Below are positions 63,750 to 64,000 of a DNA stretch of 64,000 nt, piece after piece. The stretch spans positions 42,594,001 to 42,658,000 of the forward strand of contig NC_043014.1 of NCBI RefSeq assembly GCF_006345805.1, read 5' to 3'. Source of the stretch: Octopus sinensis. Taxonomy: Eukaryota. The notes beneath the pieces were generated by a model, which worked only from the letters and a program-made list of their open reading frames with translations, did not search any database and was not told where the DNA came from. Position 1 is the stretch's first letter. Every line of letters starts with the position of its first letter. The position numbers and the translations under genes were made by a program.

Positions 63750-64000
63750 CGCAGGAGTGGCTGTGTGGTAAGTAGCTTGCTTACCAACCACATGGTTCCG
63801 GGTTCAGTCCCACTGTGTGGCATCTTGGGCAAGCGTCTTCTGCTATAGCCTGGGGCCGACCAAAGCCTTGTGGGTGGATTTGGTAGACGGAAACTGAAAG
63901 AAGCCTGTCATATATATGTATATATATATATATGTATGTGTGCGTGTATGTTTGCATGTCTGTGTTTGTCCCCCCAACATTGCTTGACAACTGATGCTGG
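63750..64000 (+). mobile_element. SINE A, cut by the window end
   Basis: gcaggagtggctgtgtggtaagtagc head. Confidence 0.88.

Overview
AT-rich eukaryotic DNA, dense in microsatellites and repeats. The repeat families suggest a mollusc, most likely an octopus; this is an inference from resemblance, with no database search. It reads like a gene desert or a very large intron. I found no host protein-coding exon I can support: almost every ORF in the track is a translation of microsatellites or SINEs. The only recognisable protein-coding remnants are two dead RTE-clade LINE 3' fragments (46010-46317, and 60605-61170). The window is a mosaic of several tRNA-headed SINE families (labelled A-E here for convenience), TTAA (piggyBac-type), hAT-type and Tc1/pogo-type MITEs, non-autonomous Helitron(s), long fold-back elements and satellites, often nested in each other, with short unique islands between them. 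Best leads: (1) a near-full-length U6 snRNA copy fused to a retroposon 3' tail and inserted inside a SINE (34006-34131); (2) two perfect estrogen-response-element-type IR3 palindromes in unique islands (18140-18154, 56482-56494); (3) a co-varying 3' stem-loop in the retroposon tails; (4) a Penelope-like insert with a degenerate minimal hammerhead motif present twice at the same SINE position; (5) a 184-bp SINE-derived array with dimeric higher-order structure. No new protein-based system is evident. Repeat boundaries are approximate (about +/-20 bp) unless TSDs or TIRs are quoted.
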